DNA of 55,714 nt, taken from the NCBI GenBank assembly GCA_016209255.1, contig JACQWL010000350.1, forward strand, positions 1 through 55,714, given 5' to 3'. Both the position numbers and the translations under genes were made by a program. Of the stretch, positions 18,749 through 28,887 are shown piece by piece. A model generated the notes under the pieces. It ran no database searches. It was not told the DNA's origin and saw only the letters and a program-made list of their open reading frames with translations. Within the stretch, counting starts at the first letter, position 1. Each line of letters opens with the position of its first letter. The stretch comes from Verrucomicrobiota bacterium (lineage in GTDB: Bacteria > Verrucomicrobiota > Verrucomicrobiia > Opitutales > Opitutaceae).

Positions 18749-21700
18749 GTGCAAGAGTGACCATGGCCCTCGTGCAGGAACGTCCCGCCCCGCGGCCCGC
18801 GGAAATGTCCGGCGCAAAACGCGCGCTGGTGGAGCAGCGGCTGCGGGCCGGATTCCAGACGGCACCGAAGGCGCAGTTGATTCCCCGGCACGCGCACGGC
18901 GAAAACGCGCCGCTGTCCTTCGCGCAGCAGCGGCTGTGGTTCATCCACGAGCTCGATCCGCAGAGCCCGCTCTACAACATGCCGATGGCGGTGGAGCTGA
19001 ACGGCCGGCTCGACGAGGCGGCGCTGCGCCGGGCCATAGCCGAGATCGTCGAGCGGCACGAAGTGCTCCGGACGCGCTATGAGTCGGTGGACGGCTGCCC
19101 CGTCCAGGTCGTCGGGCGCGCGGCGACGGTCGCGTTGCCGGTGACCGATCTCCGCGCAGAAACGAACGGCGGACACGATGCGAGCGTGCGACACTTGTTG
19201 CGCGAAGAGGCGTGCCGGCCGTTCGATCTCACGCGCGATCTCATGCTGCGCGCACGATTGCTGCGGCTGGGGGACGACGAGCACGTGCTGGTCGTCACGA
19301 TGCACCACATCGCGTCGGATGGCTGGTCGTGGGGCGTGTTTTTCCACGAGCTGGCGGTGCTGTATCGGGATTTCGCGGCCGGGCGGCCGGCGTCGCTCCC
19401 GGAGCTGCCAATGCAATACGCCGACTACGCCGTGTGGCAGCGCCAGTGGCTGCAGGGCGACGCGCTCGAGCGGCAACTGGGCTATTGGAAGAAGCGGCTC
19501 GCGGGTGCGCCGGATGTTTTGGAATTGCCGGCCGATCGGGCGCGCCCGCCGGTGCAGGCGTTTCGCGGCCACTGGCAGGCGCTCGAGTTGCCGGCGCCGC
19601 TCGGCGGGGCGTTGCAGGCGCTGAGCCGACGCGAGGGCGTCACACTCTTCATGACGCTGCTCGCGGCGTTCATGACACTGCTGCACCGCTGCACCCGGCA
19701 GACCGACCTTATCGTGGGCACGCCGGTCGCCGGCCGCACGCAAAAGGAGACCGAAGGCCTGATCGGGTTCTTCGTGAACACCCTCGCGCTGCGCGGCGAC
19801 CTCGCGGGCGATCCAACATTTCGCGAACTGCTCGGCCGCGTGCGCGAACTGACACTGGAGGCGTTTACGCATCAGGACCTGCCATTCGAAAAACTGGTCG
19901 AGGCGCTGCGCATCGAACGCAGCCCGGGGCAGGCACCGCTGGTGCAGGTGATGTTCGTGCTACAGAATACGTCCGCTTCAGACTGGCAACTACCCGGCCT
20001 CACGATGACGCCCATGGAACTCGACACGGGCACCGCGAAATTCGATCTCACGCTCGCCGTCGAGGAAACGGCGCACGGGTTGACGGCGGTGGCGGAGTAT
20101 TCTGGGGATCTGTTCGACGCGGCCACGATTGCGCGGATGCTGGGCCACTGGCGCACGCTGCTCGAAGGCATTGTGGCCGATCCCGACAGACGCATCGCCG
20201 AGTTGCCGTTGCTCACCGAGGGCGAACGCCACCAACTGCTCGTCGAGTGGAACGCCACGGCGACCGGCTACCCACGCGACAAGATCATCGGTGAACTTTT
20301 CTCCGAGTGCGTGGCGCACGCGCCCAATGCCATCGCCGTGATCTGCGAACATCGCCGGCTCACTTACCGCGAACTCGACGCGCAGGCCAACCAACTCGCC
20401 CACCATCTGCGCTCGCTCGGGGTAAGGCCGGACACACTCGTGGGTGTGTGCCTGGAACGTTCGCTTGAGTTGATCGTCACTCTCCTCGGCATTGTGAAAG
20501 CCGGCGGCGCCTACGTTGCGCTCGACCCGGCGTATCCCAAGGAGCGGCTGGCCCTGATGCTCGGCGACACCCGGGCTACGGTGTTGGTCACGCAGAAGTC
20601 GCGTGAAGACTTTTTGCCGGCGGGCGAGTGGCGCGTGTGGCGCGTCGATGACGAGGAAATGGCTGCGGTGAACGCACGTTCCGCCATGCCGTTCGTCAGT
20701 GGAGCGACGCCGGACTCGCTGGCTTACGTGAGTTTCACCTCGGGCTCGACCGGGCGGCCAAAGGGTGTCGCTGTGCCGCAGCGCGGCGTCGTGAGGTTGG
20801 TGAAGGGCACGAACTACGTGCGGCTGGATGCCGGGGAGGTTTTTTTGCAGCTTGCCCCCGTCGGCTTCGACGCCTCGACGTTCGAAATCTGGGGCGCGCT
20901 CTTGAACGGCGCACGCCTCGTCGTTTACCCGCCGCCGACTCCGACGCTCACGGAACTCGGCGCGGCGATTCGTGAGCACGGGGTCACGACGCTGTGGCTG
21001 ACGGCGGGTTTGTTTCACCAGATGGTCCTGGAACAACCCGAGAGCCTGCGCGGCGTGCGGCAGTTGCTGACTGGCGGCGATGTGCTTTCCGTGCAACACG
21101 TGCGCCAGGCGTTGGTGCGCGCGCCCGGCTGCCGCTTGTTCAACGGCTACGGGCCAACCGAGAACACGACATTCACCTGCTGCCACCGCATCACGCCGGA
21201 GTCGGTGAAGCGGGCGACGATTCCCATCGGCCGGCCCATCGCGAACACGCAGGCGTTCGTGCTCGACGACGAAATGCAACCGGTGCCGGTCGGAGTGCCG
21301 GGCGAACTTTACGCGGGCGGCGACGGGTTGGCGCGCGGTTACATCGGTCGCGACGAGCTGACGGCGGAAAGATTCGTGCCGCACCCCTTCAGCGCCGAGC
21401 CGGGGGCGCGGCTCTATCGCACCGGCGACCTCGTGCGCTGGCTGCCGAACGGCGAACTCGAATTTCTCGGGCGTCTCGATTCGCAGGTGAAGATCCGCGG
21501 CTTCCGCGTCGAGCCGGCGGAAGTCGAGGCGGCGCTCGCCGCGCACCCGAGTGTGCGCGAGAGCGCCGTGGTGGTGCGCGCAGGGTCCGCGGGTGAAAGA
21601 TCGCTCGTCGCGTGCGTGGTCGCGCGGAGCCAACCCGCGCCGACCGCGGACGACCTGCGGAGCTTCCTGCAAGGCAAGCTGCCCGGTTATTTGGTGCCGG

Positions 21701-22926
21701 CGGCGTTTGTCTTCTGCGATGCGTTGCCACTCACCGCCAATGGCAAGGTGGATCGCCGCGCACTTGCCCGGCTGGAGGGAACCATGCCGGCGGTGCGCGA
21801 GCGGAAGTTAATCGCGCCGCGCTGTCCGGTCGAGCGTGGGCTCGTGGAAATCTGGGAGGACATCCTGAACGTCCGTCCCGTCGGCGTGACCGACAAATTT
21901 TTCGAGCTGGGCGGTCATTCGTTGCTCGCGGTGCGGCTGCTCGCGCGCATCGAAAAGGTTTTTGGCAAGAAACTGCCGCTGGCGACGGTGTTTCAGGCGG
22001 CGACGATCGGGGAACTGGCGCCGATCGTCCGGGGCAAGGCCGAGGCGACCGCCGGCACTTCGCTCGTGGAGATTCAGGCCCACGGGCGGCAGCCGCCGCT
22101 GTTTCTGGTGCACGGCGTCGGCGGCGGAATGTTCTGGGGCTACGGCAACCTCGCGCGCCACCTCGGCGACGACCAGCCGTTGCATGCGTTCAAGTCGCGC
22201 GGGCTCGATGGCCTCGCTGAATTTGAGACCATCGAGGAGATGGCCGCCCATTACGTGGCGGACTTGCGCGCATTTCAGCCGGAGGGACCGTATCGCATCG
22301 GCGGCTATTGTTTCGGCGGCAACGTGGCCTACGAGATGGCGCGGCAGCTCCACGCCGCGGGTGAGCGCGTGGCCGTGCTCGTGCTCATGAACTGCACGCC
22401 GACCAGCGGCAGCTATGCGCGCGTGCGAGTGACGCCGGCGTGGGTCGGGAAATTTCTCCGCAATCTGGGCGTGCTGCTCGCCGCGATGGCGCGTTGGGAT
22501 GCACAGCAGCGGCGCGCGTTTCTCCAGTGGAAATGGCGCACGTGGAAAAAGAAACTGCAGGGCGCGCGGGAGCGGTGGGGGCGCGCCGCGGTGACGTCCG
22601 CGGCGGACGAGATCGTGGACTTGTCCGCGTATCCCGACGAGCAACGCCGGCTGTGGGCGGCGCACATCCGCGGATTGCAACGCCACCGCACCCGGCCTTA
22701 CGAGGGGTGCGTGGTGCTCTTCCGCAGCCGGATGCACCAACTCGTCTGTTCGTTTGCCGCGGACTTTGGCTGGGGCGAATTTGCGCGCGGCGGCGTGACC
22801 GTCACGATCGTGCCAGGCGCGCACGAAAGCATTCTCGAGGAACCGCACGTGCGCGTCGTGGCGGAGGAACTGCGCGCGTGCCTGCACGCAATCCGACCGG
22901 CCGAAGTGGAGGCAACGGTGCAATGA
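18745..22926 (+). CDS. Terminal NRPS module (C-A-T-TE); A domain predicted Val; Cys-type thioesterase
   Basis: HHIASDG; code DAFWLGGTFK (Val-like); FFELGGHSL; TE LFLVHGVGG, GGYCFGG, VPGAHESIL. Alternative start ATG 18763. Confidence 0.95.
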   Translation: MSARVTMALVQERPAPRPAEMSGAKRALVEQRLRAGFQTAPKAQLIPRHAHGENAPLSFAQQRLWFIHELDPQSPLYNMPMAVELNGRLDEAALRRAIAEIVERHEVLRTRYESVDGCPVQVVGRAATVALPVTDLRAETNGGHDASVRHLLREEACRPFDLTRDLMLRARLLRLGDDEHVLVVTMHHIASDGWSWGVFFHELAVLYRDFAAGRPASLPELPMQYADYAVWQRQWLQGDALERQLGYWKKRLAGAPDVLELPADRARPPVQAFRGHWQALELPAPLGGALQALSRREGVTLFMTLLAAFMTLLHRCTRQTDLIVGTPVAGRTQKETEGLIGFFVNTLALRGDLAGDPTFRELLGRVRELTLEAFTHQDLPFEKLVEALRIERSPGQAPLVQVMFVLQNTSASDWQLPGLTMTPMELDTGTAKFDLTLAVEETAHGLTAVAEYSGDLFDAATIARMLGHWRTLLEGIVADPDRRIAELPLLTEGERHQLLVEWNATATGYPRDKIIGELFSECVAHAPNAIAVICEHRRLTYRELDAQANQLAHHLRSLGVRPDTLVGVCLERSLELIVTLLGIVKAGGAYVALDPAYPKERLALMLGDTRATVLVTQKSREDFLPAGEWRVWRVDDEEMAAVNARSAMPFVSGATPDSLAYVSFTSGSTGRPKGVAVPQRGVVRLVKGTNYVRLDAGEVFLQLAPVGFDASTFEIWGALLNGARLVVYPPPTPTLTELGAAIREHGVTTLWLTAGLFHQMVLEQPESLRGVRQLLTGGDVLSVQHVRQALVRAPGCRLFNGYGPTENTTFTCCHRITPESVKRATIPIGRPIANTQAFVLDDEMQPVPVGVPGELYAGGDGLARGYIGRDELTAERFVPHPFSAEPGARLYRTGDLVRWLPNGELEFLGRLDSQVKIRGFRVEPAEVEAALAAHPSVRESAVVVRAGSAGERSLVACVVARSQPAPTADDLRSFLQGKLPGYLVPAAFVFCDALPLTANGKVDRRALARLEGTMPAVRERKLIAPRCPVERGLVEIWEDILNVRPVGVTDKFFELGGHSLLAVRLLARIEKVFGKKLPLATVFQAATIGELAPIVRGKAEATAGTSLVEIQAHGRQPPLFLVHGVGGGMFWGYGNLARHLGDDQPLHAFKSRGLDGLAEFETIEEMAAHYVADLRAFQPEGPYRIGGYCFGGNVAYEMARQLHAAGERVAVLVLMNCTPTSGSYARVRVTPAWVGKFLRNLGVLLAAMARWDAQQRRAFLQWKWRTWKKKLQGARERWGRAAVTSAADEIVDLSAYPDEQRRLWAAHIRGLQRHRTRPYEGCVVLFRSRMHQLVCSFAADFGWGEFARGGVTVTIVPGAHESILEEPHVRVVAEELRACLHAIRPAEVEATVQ

Positions 22927-24584
22927 ACCTCGTCTGCTACCTCTTTCGCACCGCACGCGGCATGATGTTGTTCACGCTCGTGACAGCGCTGCTGAGTGGC
23001 GCGTGCAACGCCGGGCTGATTGCGCTCATCAACCAGGCGCTGAATCGCGGCGAGACGACATCCGCCGCGCTGGCCGGGAGCTTCGTCGGGCTCGCGCTGG
23101 GGCGCTTGCTGACGACGTTCGGCTCGGCGGTCGTGCTGGCAAAATTCGCGCAGGCGGCGATCGCGGGACTGCGCTGCGATCTCGTGAAGAAAATCCTCAC
23201 GGTGCCGCTCCGTCACCTCGAGGAGATAGGCGCGGCGCGCGTGATGGTCGTGCTGACCGAGGATGTGCTCAACATCGCGCAGGCGCTGCTTGGAATTCCC
23301 GCCTTCGCCGTCAACGTGGCGATTCTATTCTGCGGCGGGCTCTACCTTGCATGGCTTTCGCTCCAAGTGCTCGTCGCGATGGGCGTGTTCATCCTCGTGG
23401 GCGCGCTGGTTTATCGCTCGCTGATCGTGAGCGGGTTTCGGTTTCTGATGGACGCACGCGAGGAAGAAGATCGCTTGTTCGGACATTTCCGCGCGCTGAC
23501 CGACGGCGTCAAGGAACTCAAATTGCACCGGAGCCGGCGCGGCGCCTTTCTTGCCAGCCATATCGAGACTGCCACCGGTGCCTACGGGCGGCACAATGTC
23601 GCCGCCGAGGTGCGTTTCGCGATCGCCCACAGCTGGAATCATCTGCTCGTGCTCGGCGTGATCGGGCTGATTCTTTTTGTGCTGCCGGCGTGGCAGCATT
23701 TCAACCCGCAGGCGCTCACCGGCTACGTCGTCACGACGCTCTACCTAATGGGGCCGCTCGCGGGCGTGATGGGAAGTCTCTCGGTGTTCGGCCGCGCGAG
23801 TGCGTCGCTCGCGAAAGTCGAGAAACTCGGCATGTCGCTCGCGGCGCACACCAATGAGGTCTGCCCGCTCACCCGGCCCGAGCCGAACGGCGATTTCTCG
23901 CGCCTCGAACTGGCCGGCGTCACGCGTTCCTACCAGCACGAAAAGGACGACAGCAACTTCATGTTCGGCCCGGTCAACCTCGCATTCCGGCCCGGTGAAG
24001 TCGTCTTCCTCGTCGGCGGCAATGGCAGCGGCAAGACCACGCTCGCGAAAATCATCACGGGACTTTATCCCCCCGAGTCGGGCGAGATCCGGCTCGACGG
24101 CCGGCCCATCACCGACGCAAACCGGGACGATTACCGGCAATTGTTTTCGGCGGTGTTTGCAGATTTCTTCCTGTTCGAGGATCTGCTCGGCCTGCACGCG
24201 GCGGATCTCGACGCCCAGGCGCGCGACTACCTCGCGCAGCTTCACCTCGATCACAAAGTGCGCGTGCGCGACGGCCGGCTCTCGACGACGAAACTTTCGC
24301 AAGGCCAGCGGAAGCGGCTCGCGCTGCTCACGGCGTATCTCGAGGACCGGCCGTTCTACGTGTTCGACGAGTGGGCGTCGGACCAGGATCCCTTGTTCAA
24401 GGAACTCTTCTACACCCAGCTCCTCCCCGAGTTGAAAGCCCGGGGCAAGGCGGTGCTCGTGATCACACATGACGAACCTTACTTTCAATTCGCCGACCGT
24501 CTACTCAAGCTCGACTACGGCAAACTCCGGGGCGCGCAAAGCCGCGACGAACAGCGGGTGCGCGACACCATTCTGCAGGCTTGA
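22923..24584 (+). CDS. Cyclic peptide export ABC transporter (SyrD/PvdE/YojI family), fused TMD-NBD
   Basis: ATGA overlap at 22923; TM helices, DGVKELKL, Walker A GGNGSGKTT, LSQGQRKRLAL, FDEWASDQDP, ITHD. Confidence 0.95.
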   Translation: MNLVCYLFRTARGMMLFTLVTALLSGACNAGLIALINQALNRGETTSAALAGSFVGLALGRLLTTFGSAVVLAKFAQAAIAGLRCDLVKKILTVPLRHLEEIGAARVMVVLTEDVLNIAQALLGIPAFAVNVAILFCGGLYLAWLSLQVLVAMGVFILVGALVYRSLIVSGFRFLMDAREEEDRLFGHFRALTDGVKELKLHRSRRGAFLASHIETATGAYGRHNVAAEVRFAIAHSWNHLLVLGVIGLILFVLPAWQHFNPQALTGYVVTTLYLMGPLAGVMGSLSVFGRASASLAKVEKLGMSLAAHTNEVCPLTRPEPNGDFSRLELAGVTRSYQHEKDDSNFMFGPVNLAFRPGEVVFLVGGNGSGKTTLAKIITGLYPPESGEIRLDGRPITDANRDDYRQLFSAVFADFFLFEDLLGLHAADLDAQARDYLAQLHLDHKVRVRDGRLSTTKLSQGQRKRLALLTAYLEDRPFYVFDEWASDQDPLFKELFYTQLLPELKARGKAVLVITHDEPYFQFADRLLKLDYGKLRGAQSRDEQRVRDTILQA

Positions 24585-25341
24585 ACGGCCGGACGCCGCC
24601 GCCGCGGCCGAGTGGAGCGCGCCGCCCGATGAGTTCACGCTCGCCGAGGACGAGGTGCACCTCTGGCGGTTTTCGCTCGGCCAGCACGATGCCAGGGCGG
24701 CGGATTTTTTCGACTTCCTCTCGCCGGACGAACGCGCCCGGGCGCGGTGCTTCCTGTTCGCGGAGAACCGCCGACACTACGTCATTGGTCGCGGCTGGCT
24801 GCGCGTGCTCCTCGGCCGGTATCTGGACATGGCGCCGGCGCGTCTCGAATTTCGCTATGGGGCACGCGGCAAACCCTACCTCCTGCCGCCCGCCAGCACT
24901 GCGCCGGTGTGTTTCAACCTCGCGCACACCGAGTCGCTCGCACTCGTGGCCGTCACGCGCGACCAGGCCGTTGGGGTGGATGTGGAACGCGTGCGTCCTG
25001 TCGCCGACGCTGAGGCCGTGGCGGCGCGATACTTTTCCCCACGCGAACAGCACGAGCTGCGCGTGTTACCGCCAGGTGCGCGGGCCGAGACATTTCTTCG
25101 TCTCTGGACCGGCAAGGAAGCATGCATGAAAGCCGTCGGCTGCGGTCTCGACGAGAGCTTGCGAGAAGTGGAGATCTTGCGCGCGGACGGCGGCGTGGAA
25201 CGGCGGGTGAGCGTTGCCGTCGCGACGGATCGGCTCGTGCACTGTTGGCTGGCCGAACTTAGATTCGCGGAGGACCACATCGGCGTCGTGGCGACGGTTT
25301 GTGACGGAATGGTAGATGAGGTTGCCGGCCAAAGCGGGTGA
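24469..25341 (+). CDS. Sfp/HetI-type 4'-phosphopantetheinyl transferase (start uncertain)
   Basis: LSPDERARA, GKP, FNLAHT, VGVDVE, WTGKEACMKAVG motifs. The predicted ATG overlaps the ABC gene by 116 nt. Confidence 0.88.
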   Translation: MTNLTFNSPTVYSSSTTANSGARKAATNSGCATPFCRLERPDAAAAAEWSAPPDEFTLAEDEVHLWRFSLGQHDARAADFFDFLSPDERARARCFLFAENRRHYVIGRGWLRVLLGRYLDMAPARLEFRYGARGKPYLLPPASTAPVCFNLAHTESLALVAVTRDQAVGVDVERVRPVADAEAVAARYFSPREQHELRVLPPGARAETFLRLWTGKEACMKAVGCGLDESLREVEILRADGGVERRVSVAVATDRLVHCWLAELRFAEDHIGVVATVCDGMVDEVAGQSG

Positions 25342-25498
25342 CGCCCTCGCCAAATTTGGGTGCTCCGCCCAGCGGCACGAAATTGGCGGGAAGACGAAGG
25401 TGTCGGCTGATGCGAGGTCGCGTGTCACCGCAAGTTCTCTGACTTCGCTGTGGGCGACCGATGCAAAACCACAACCACAAAATCAGCAAAACCTCCCA

Positions 25499-25823
25499 AT
25501 AAAAAAACTCATCCTCCCGCTCGCTCTCACGCTGGTCGGAGCCGGCCTGGCTGCGGTGCCGGGCCCCGCGTTCGTCAACCTGCCCACCCGCGGCGTTATC
25601 GTTCAGGATTCCGGCCGTCTGCTTACCGGGTTCGTCATCGCCGGCACCGTTGCGCAAGTCGCCGCGCATGCCGGATCTTTTTTCCCTCGGGGATCCCGGC
25701 GATTCCGCCCTGCTCGTGACCCTGCCGGCGGGTTCTTATTCCGTTGTTGCGGCCGCCAACGCCAGCGACGCGCCAGACGGAGTCGAACTCGTGGAGGTGT
25801 TCGATGCCGGTTCAGGAGGATGA
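25499..25823 (+). pseudogene. Remnant of an Opitutaceae-type secreted protein (signal peptide plus collapsed C-terminal domain)
   Basis: ATA in place of ATG, then KKLILPLALTLVGAGLAA; FVNLPTRG...LLTGFVIAG; after a frameshift DSALLVTLPAGSYSVVAAA...GVELVEVFDAG-stop. Confidence 0.65.
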
Positions 25824-26032
25824 GGATTCCGCGCTTTCGCCGTGTCGCATTGGCGCACCGAATGTTGGCGGGCGGACCGGCAGAATCGGCGGCGACAAAG
25901 CCTCCGTTCCACGGCGGGGCGGCTGTCCAGCCGCCCCTAATCGAGATTGGCGTCAACTAGGGGATTTGGGTTAGCGACTGCACCGACGGAGACCGCCGCT
26001 TTCACCGCAGATAATTGCAGTGTCGCCCCACC

Positions 26033-26064
26033 AAAACGCCCCGCGGGAAAAACCTGCGGGGCGT
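26033..26064 (-). terminator. Intrinsic terminator downstream of the S8 protease gene
   Basis: Minus strand ACGCCCCGCAGG-TTTTT-CCCGCGGGGCGT followed by a T run, about 30 nt after stop 26095. Confidence 0.75.
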
Positions 26065-26094
26065 CCCGTATTTTGCGTTTCTCTACTGTTGCAC

Positions 26095-28499
26095 TCACTC
26101 AAACGAAAAGTGAGTGCGGAAGCTGTCGAGTGCGGCCGCGAGTTCGCCGCGACTGAGCGTGTCGTTGGGACGGAACTGGACCTCGCCGGACCCGAGCGAA
26201 ACCGGGGCGAGGAAGCCTTTGTTGAGCGCGATTTGCGCGTAGCCCCGCTCGCTGGCGGGGATGGCACCCGAATCGGACACGACCACGACCGCACCGGAAT
26301 CGTTGACGGCGGTGACTCCACGCTGTAGTCGAAATGTCGCAACGAGGAGCCTGCCGCGGAGACCGCGGCCGCAAGCGCCTGGTCGGGCCCGGCCACGTCG
26401 GCAAACCACGGCCCATGGACGGCCTGGCGCAGCGGCGTGTTGATCGCGAGTTGCATGGCGAAGTCCGCCCGCGTGACAGTCCACCACGGCCGGAAGCTGT
26501 TGTCCGGCCAGACATCCATGTAGCGGAATTTGAGCGCCTGGGTAATTGCGGCTTCCCACGGCGTGCCGGCGATGTCGGTGACCGGGCTCAGGTCGAAGGC
26601 GGTGCGATCGATGGAGACGCTCACTTCGTCGGGCAGTGCGAGCGCGACGGGCGAGGTCGCCTGCGGCACGGCGGCGAGGCTGCGGGCGCCGCGCGCCTCG
26701 ACGATCCAGTTGCCGCGCAGGGGATTTACGACCTTCACGTAGCGGCGCGGTGCATCGATGAAAAAGAGCACGCTGCCGGCGTCGGAATACATGCGGCCGT
26801 CCGGCGCGTAGAGCCGCAGGATGAGGATGTTTCCGAAAAGCGTGACGTCGGTGTTGCCGTATTCGATCGCGACTTCGAGGATCGATACGTCGGGTGTGGC
26901 GGTGAGGGGACGAGCGTTCGCGCTGTCGGGCCCCGGCGTCGCGGTCGGGCTGTAGTTGATTGTGAACGCCTCCGTCAGCGCCGTGTTCGTCGCGACCTGT
27001 GCGTTGAATCCCGTCGGCGCGAGCGACGCGTAGGCCTTTGACAGGTTGAACGCCTTGTCGACGGCGGCGTAGGCGTTGACGTAACCGGCGCCGACTTCCC
27101 ACTCGGCGTAGCCGGGCATCGACGTGGCGGTGTCGGTGAGGATCTGTTTCACTTGGTCGGGTGTGAGCAGTGGATTCGCGTCGAGCAGCAAGGCAACGAC
27201 ACCGGCGATGTGCGGCGTGGCCATCGACGTGCCGGAAATCTGGGTGTAGAATGGAAGGTGGGCCGGCGGAATCTCTGCATCGCTGGTGAGGCCGTTGGCG
27301 ACGGCATTGGTCGAGGAGCGCGTGGACACGATGGCGGCGGTGAACTTGCTGGCGTCGGTCGCGAACTCGCGGCCCGTGCCCGGCGCCGTGATCGTCGGCG
27401 CGTCGAAGTCGTTGTTCGGATCGATGTCCGCCAGGCGCTGCTCCTTCGGCGTGCCGCGCGAAGAGAAGCTCGCGAGCCCGCCCTCCTTCGTGCCCGCCGC
27501 GACGGAGATGACCCAGGGCGCCTTGGCGTAGGGATTGTGCGTGTCGGGCGCCGGGCCGTCGTTGCCCGCGGCGAAGACGACAACGATGTTGCGGTCGGGC
27601 GCTTTTCTCGTGGCGATGTTGATCGGGTCATCAGGATCGAAGGCGCCGCTGCTGCCCCACGAGTTGGAGATGACGCGGATGTTGTAGCGGGGCTGGTTGG
27701 CGAGCGACCACTCGAAGCCGCCGAGTGCGCAGAGGATGTACTGCACCGCGCCCGAGCCGCAGCCGATGAGCTTCGCGCCGGGCGCGACGCCGCGGTAGAG
27801 CCCGCCCGAGCGCACGCCCGAGCCGCCGATGATGCCCGCGCAATGCGTGCCGTGCCCAATGTGCGTGTCGGTGTCAGGCACGTTTTCGAGGTAGAGCAGC
27901 GGGGTGAAGCCGTTGAGCGACGGATCCAGCGAGACGACGGAATTCGGAGAATCCTCGTCGGTGACGATCTGCACGTTTTGCACCACGCGGTCGCCGAGCG
28001 CGAGGTCGGCATGCGTGGCGTCAATGCCGCTGTCGTTGATCACGACGGAAAAGGCGCCGCCGCCGAACACGGGGGTGCCTCCGTTGGCGGTGGTGAGCGT
28101 GGGGTCGGATTGCAGCCGCTCGACGCTGGTGAGGACGCGCGCCTCGGCCATGAACCAGCGGAGCGCGTCGTTCGCATAGAGCGAGCGCACCGCGGGGTTT
28201 TGGGCGAGGGCGTTGACCTGCGCGGCGGTGGCGGTGACAGCGACCATCCCGAGGGTCGGGAGTTTGCGGCCGGTCGCGATGCCGGCGCCCACCAGCACGC
28301 GCAAGTGCGAATCGGTGAGACCGGCGCCGTTGTCGTTGAACGCCACGATGACCGGGCCGACGGAATCAGTGGCGGCGGCGGTGGTGAGTCTCGCCTTCAG
28401 TGAAGGCCCGAGGGTGGCGGCCGAAGCCGCGGCCGGCGGGAACACGACCGCCAGCGCGATGACGCCAAGCAGCGTCCGCAGTCGTTTTAGAGTTTTCAT
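26095..28499 (-). pseudogene. Secreted S8 (AprX-like) serine protease with C-terminal SLH-like repeats; frameshift near 26325, catalytic domain intact
   Basis: Start MKTLKRL plus signal peptide; triad NDSG, HGTH, GTSMA; SLH-like FRPWWTVTRADFA and FRPNDTLSRGELA. The native C-terminus (..RGYAQIALNKG..THFSFE) lies in another frame and ends just before the terminator. Confidence 0.8.
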
Positions 28500-28737
28500 T
28501 TGGATGGCTCCGTGCCGCCACCCCAAAAGGGCGGCCGGTTTACGCTGGCCACTGGCGATTGAGGCTTGAGGCGCACGGGTTTGATTTGCCCCGATGAAAG
28601 CAGAGGACGGAGGTTCCAACGATGGAGCGAGTATCCCAAACGCACGGGGGCGGGCCAAGGATGGCGGCGCCGTCCGCCGTCGTCCGGGTCACCCGGTCAC
28701 GGGTTCCTCGATCGCCGTGCCGAAACCCACCGGTCAA

Positions 28738-28805
28738 GTAACCCAATGGGTTACCCTATACGCCGTGGAGTCGCGCCAGTTTCGGAGTATCCCAATAGGT
28801 TACTC
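28738..28805. promoter_or_regulatory. Tandem operator-like palindromes upstream of the S8 gene
   Basis: GTAACCCA-A-TGGGTTAC (28738-28754, perfect) and GAGTATCCCA-A-TAGGTTACTC (28785-28805); extra half-site GAGTATCCCAA at 28629. Confidence 0.6.
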
Positions 28806-28887
28806 GCTGGTTTCGCGGTTTTGCCGGAGGCGATGCGCAAAGGCATTTCGCCGCCAGCTCGGAGTGGAACCGGGATCTGGAGGGCGC

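Noticed and set aside
6030-22926. Assignment to known clusters (syrbactin, epoxyketone, pepstatin or microcystin types)
   Set aside because: No DH/KR, ureido module, acyl-CoA dehydrogenase or aminotransferase, and the module order does not match.
7080-22956. Long antisense and alternate-frame ORFs over the NRPS/PKS genes (e.g. 7080-9737, 10029-12500, 12950-15022)
   Set aside because: Shadow ORFs expected from high GC3; no motifs; they fully overlap well-supported genes.
25916-25937. Hairpin GGGGCGGCTG-TC-CAGCCGCCCC sharing CGGCTGTCCAGC with the IS4 IR
   Set aside because: Lacks the terminal CA and a partner end; explained as a chance match in a GC-rich palindrome.
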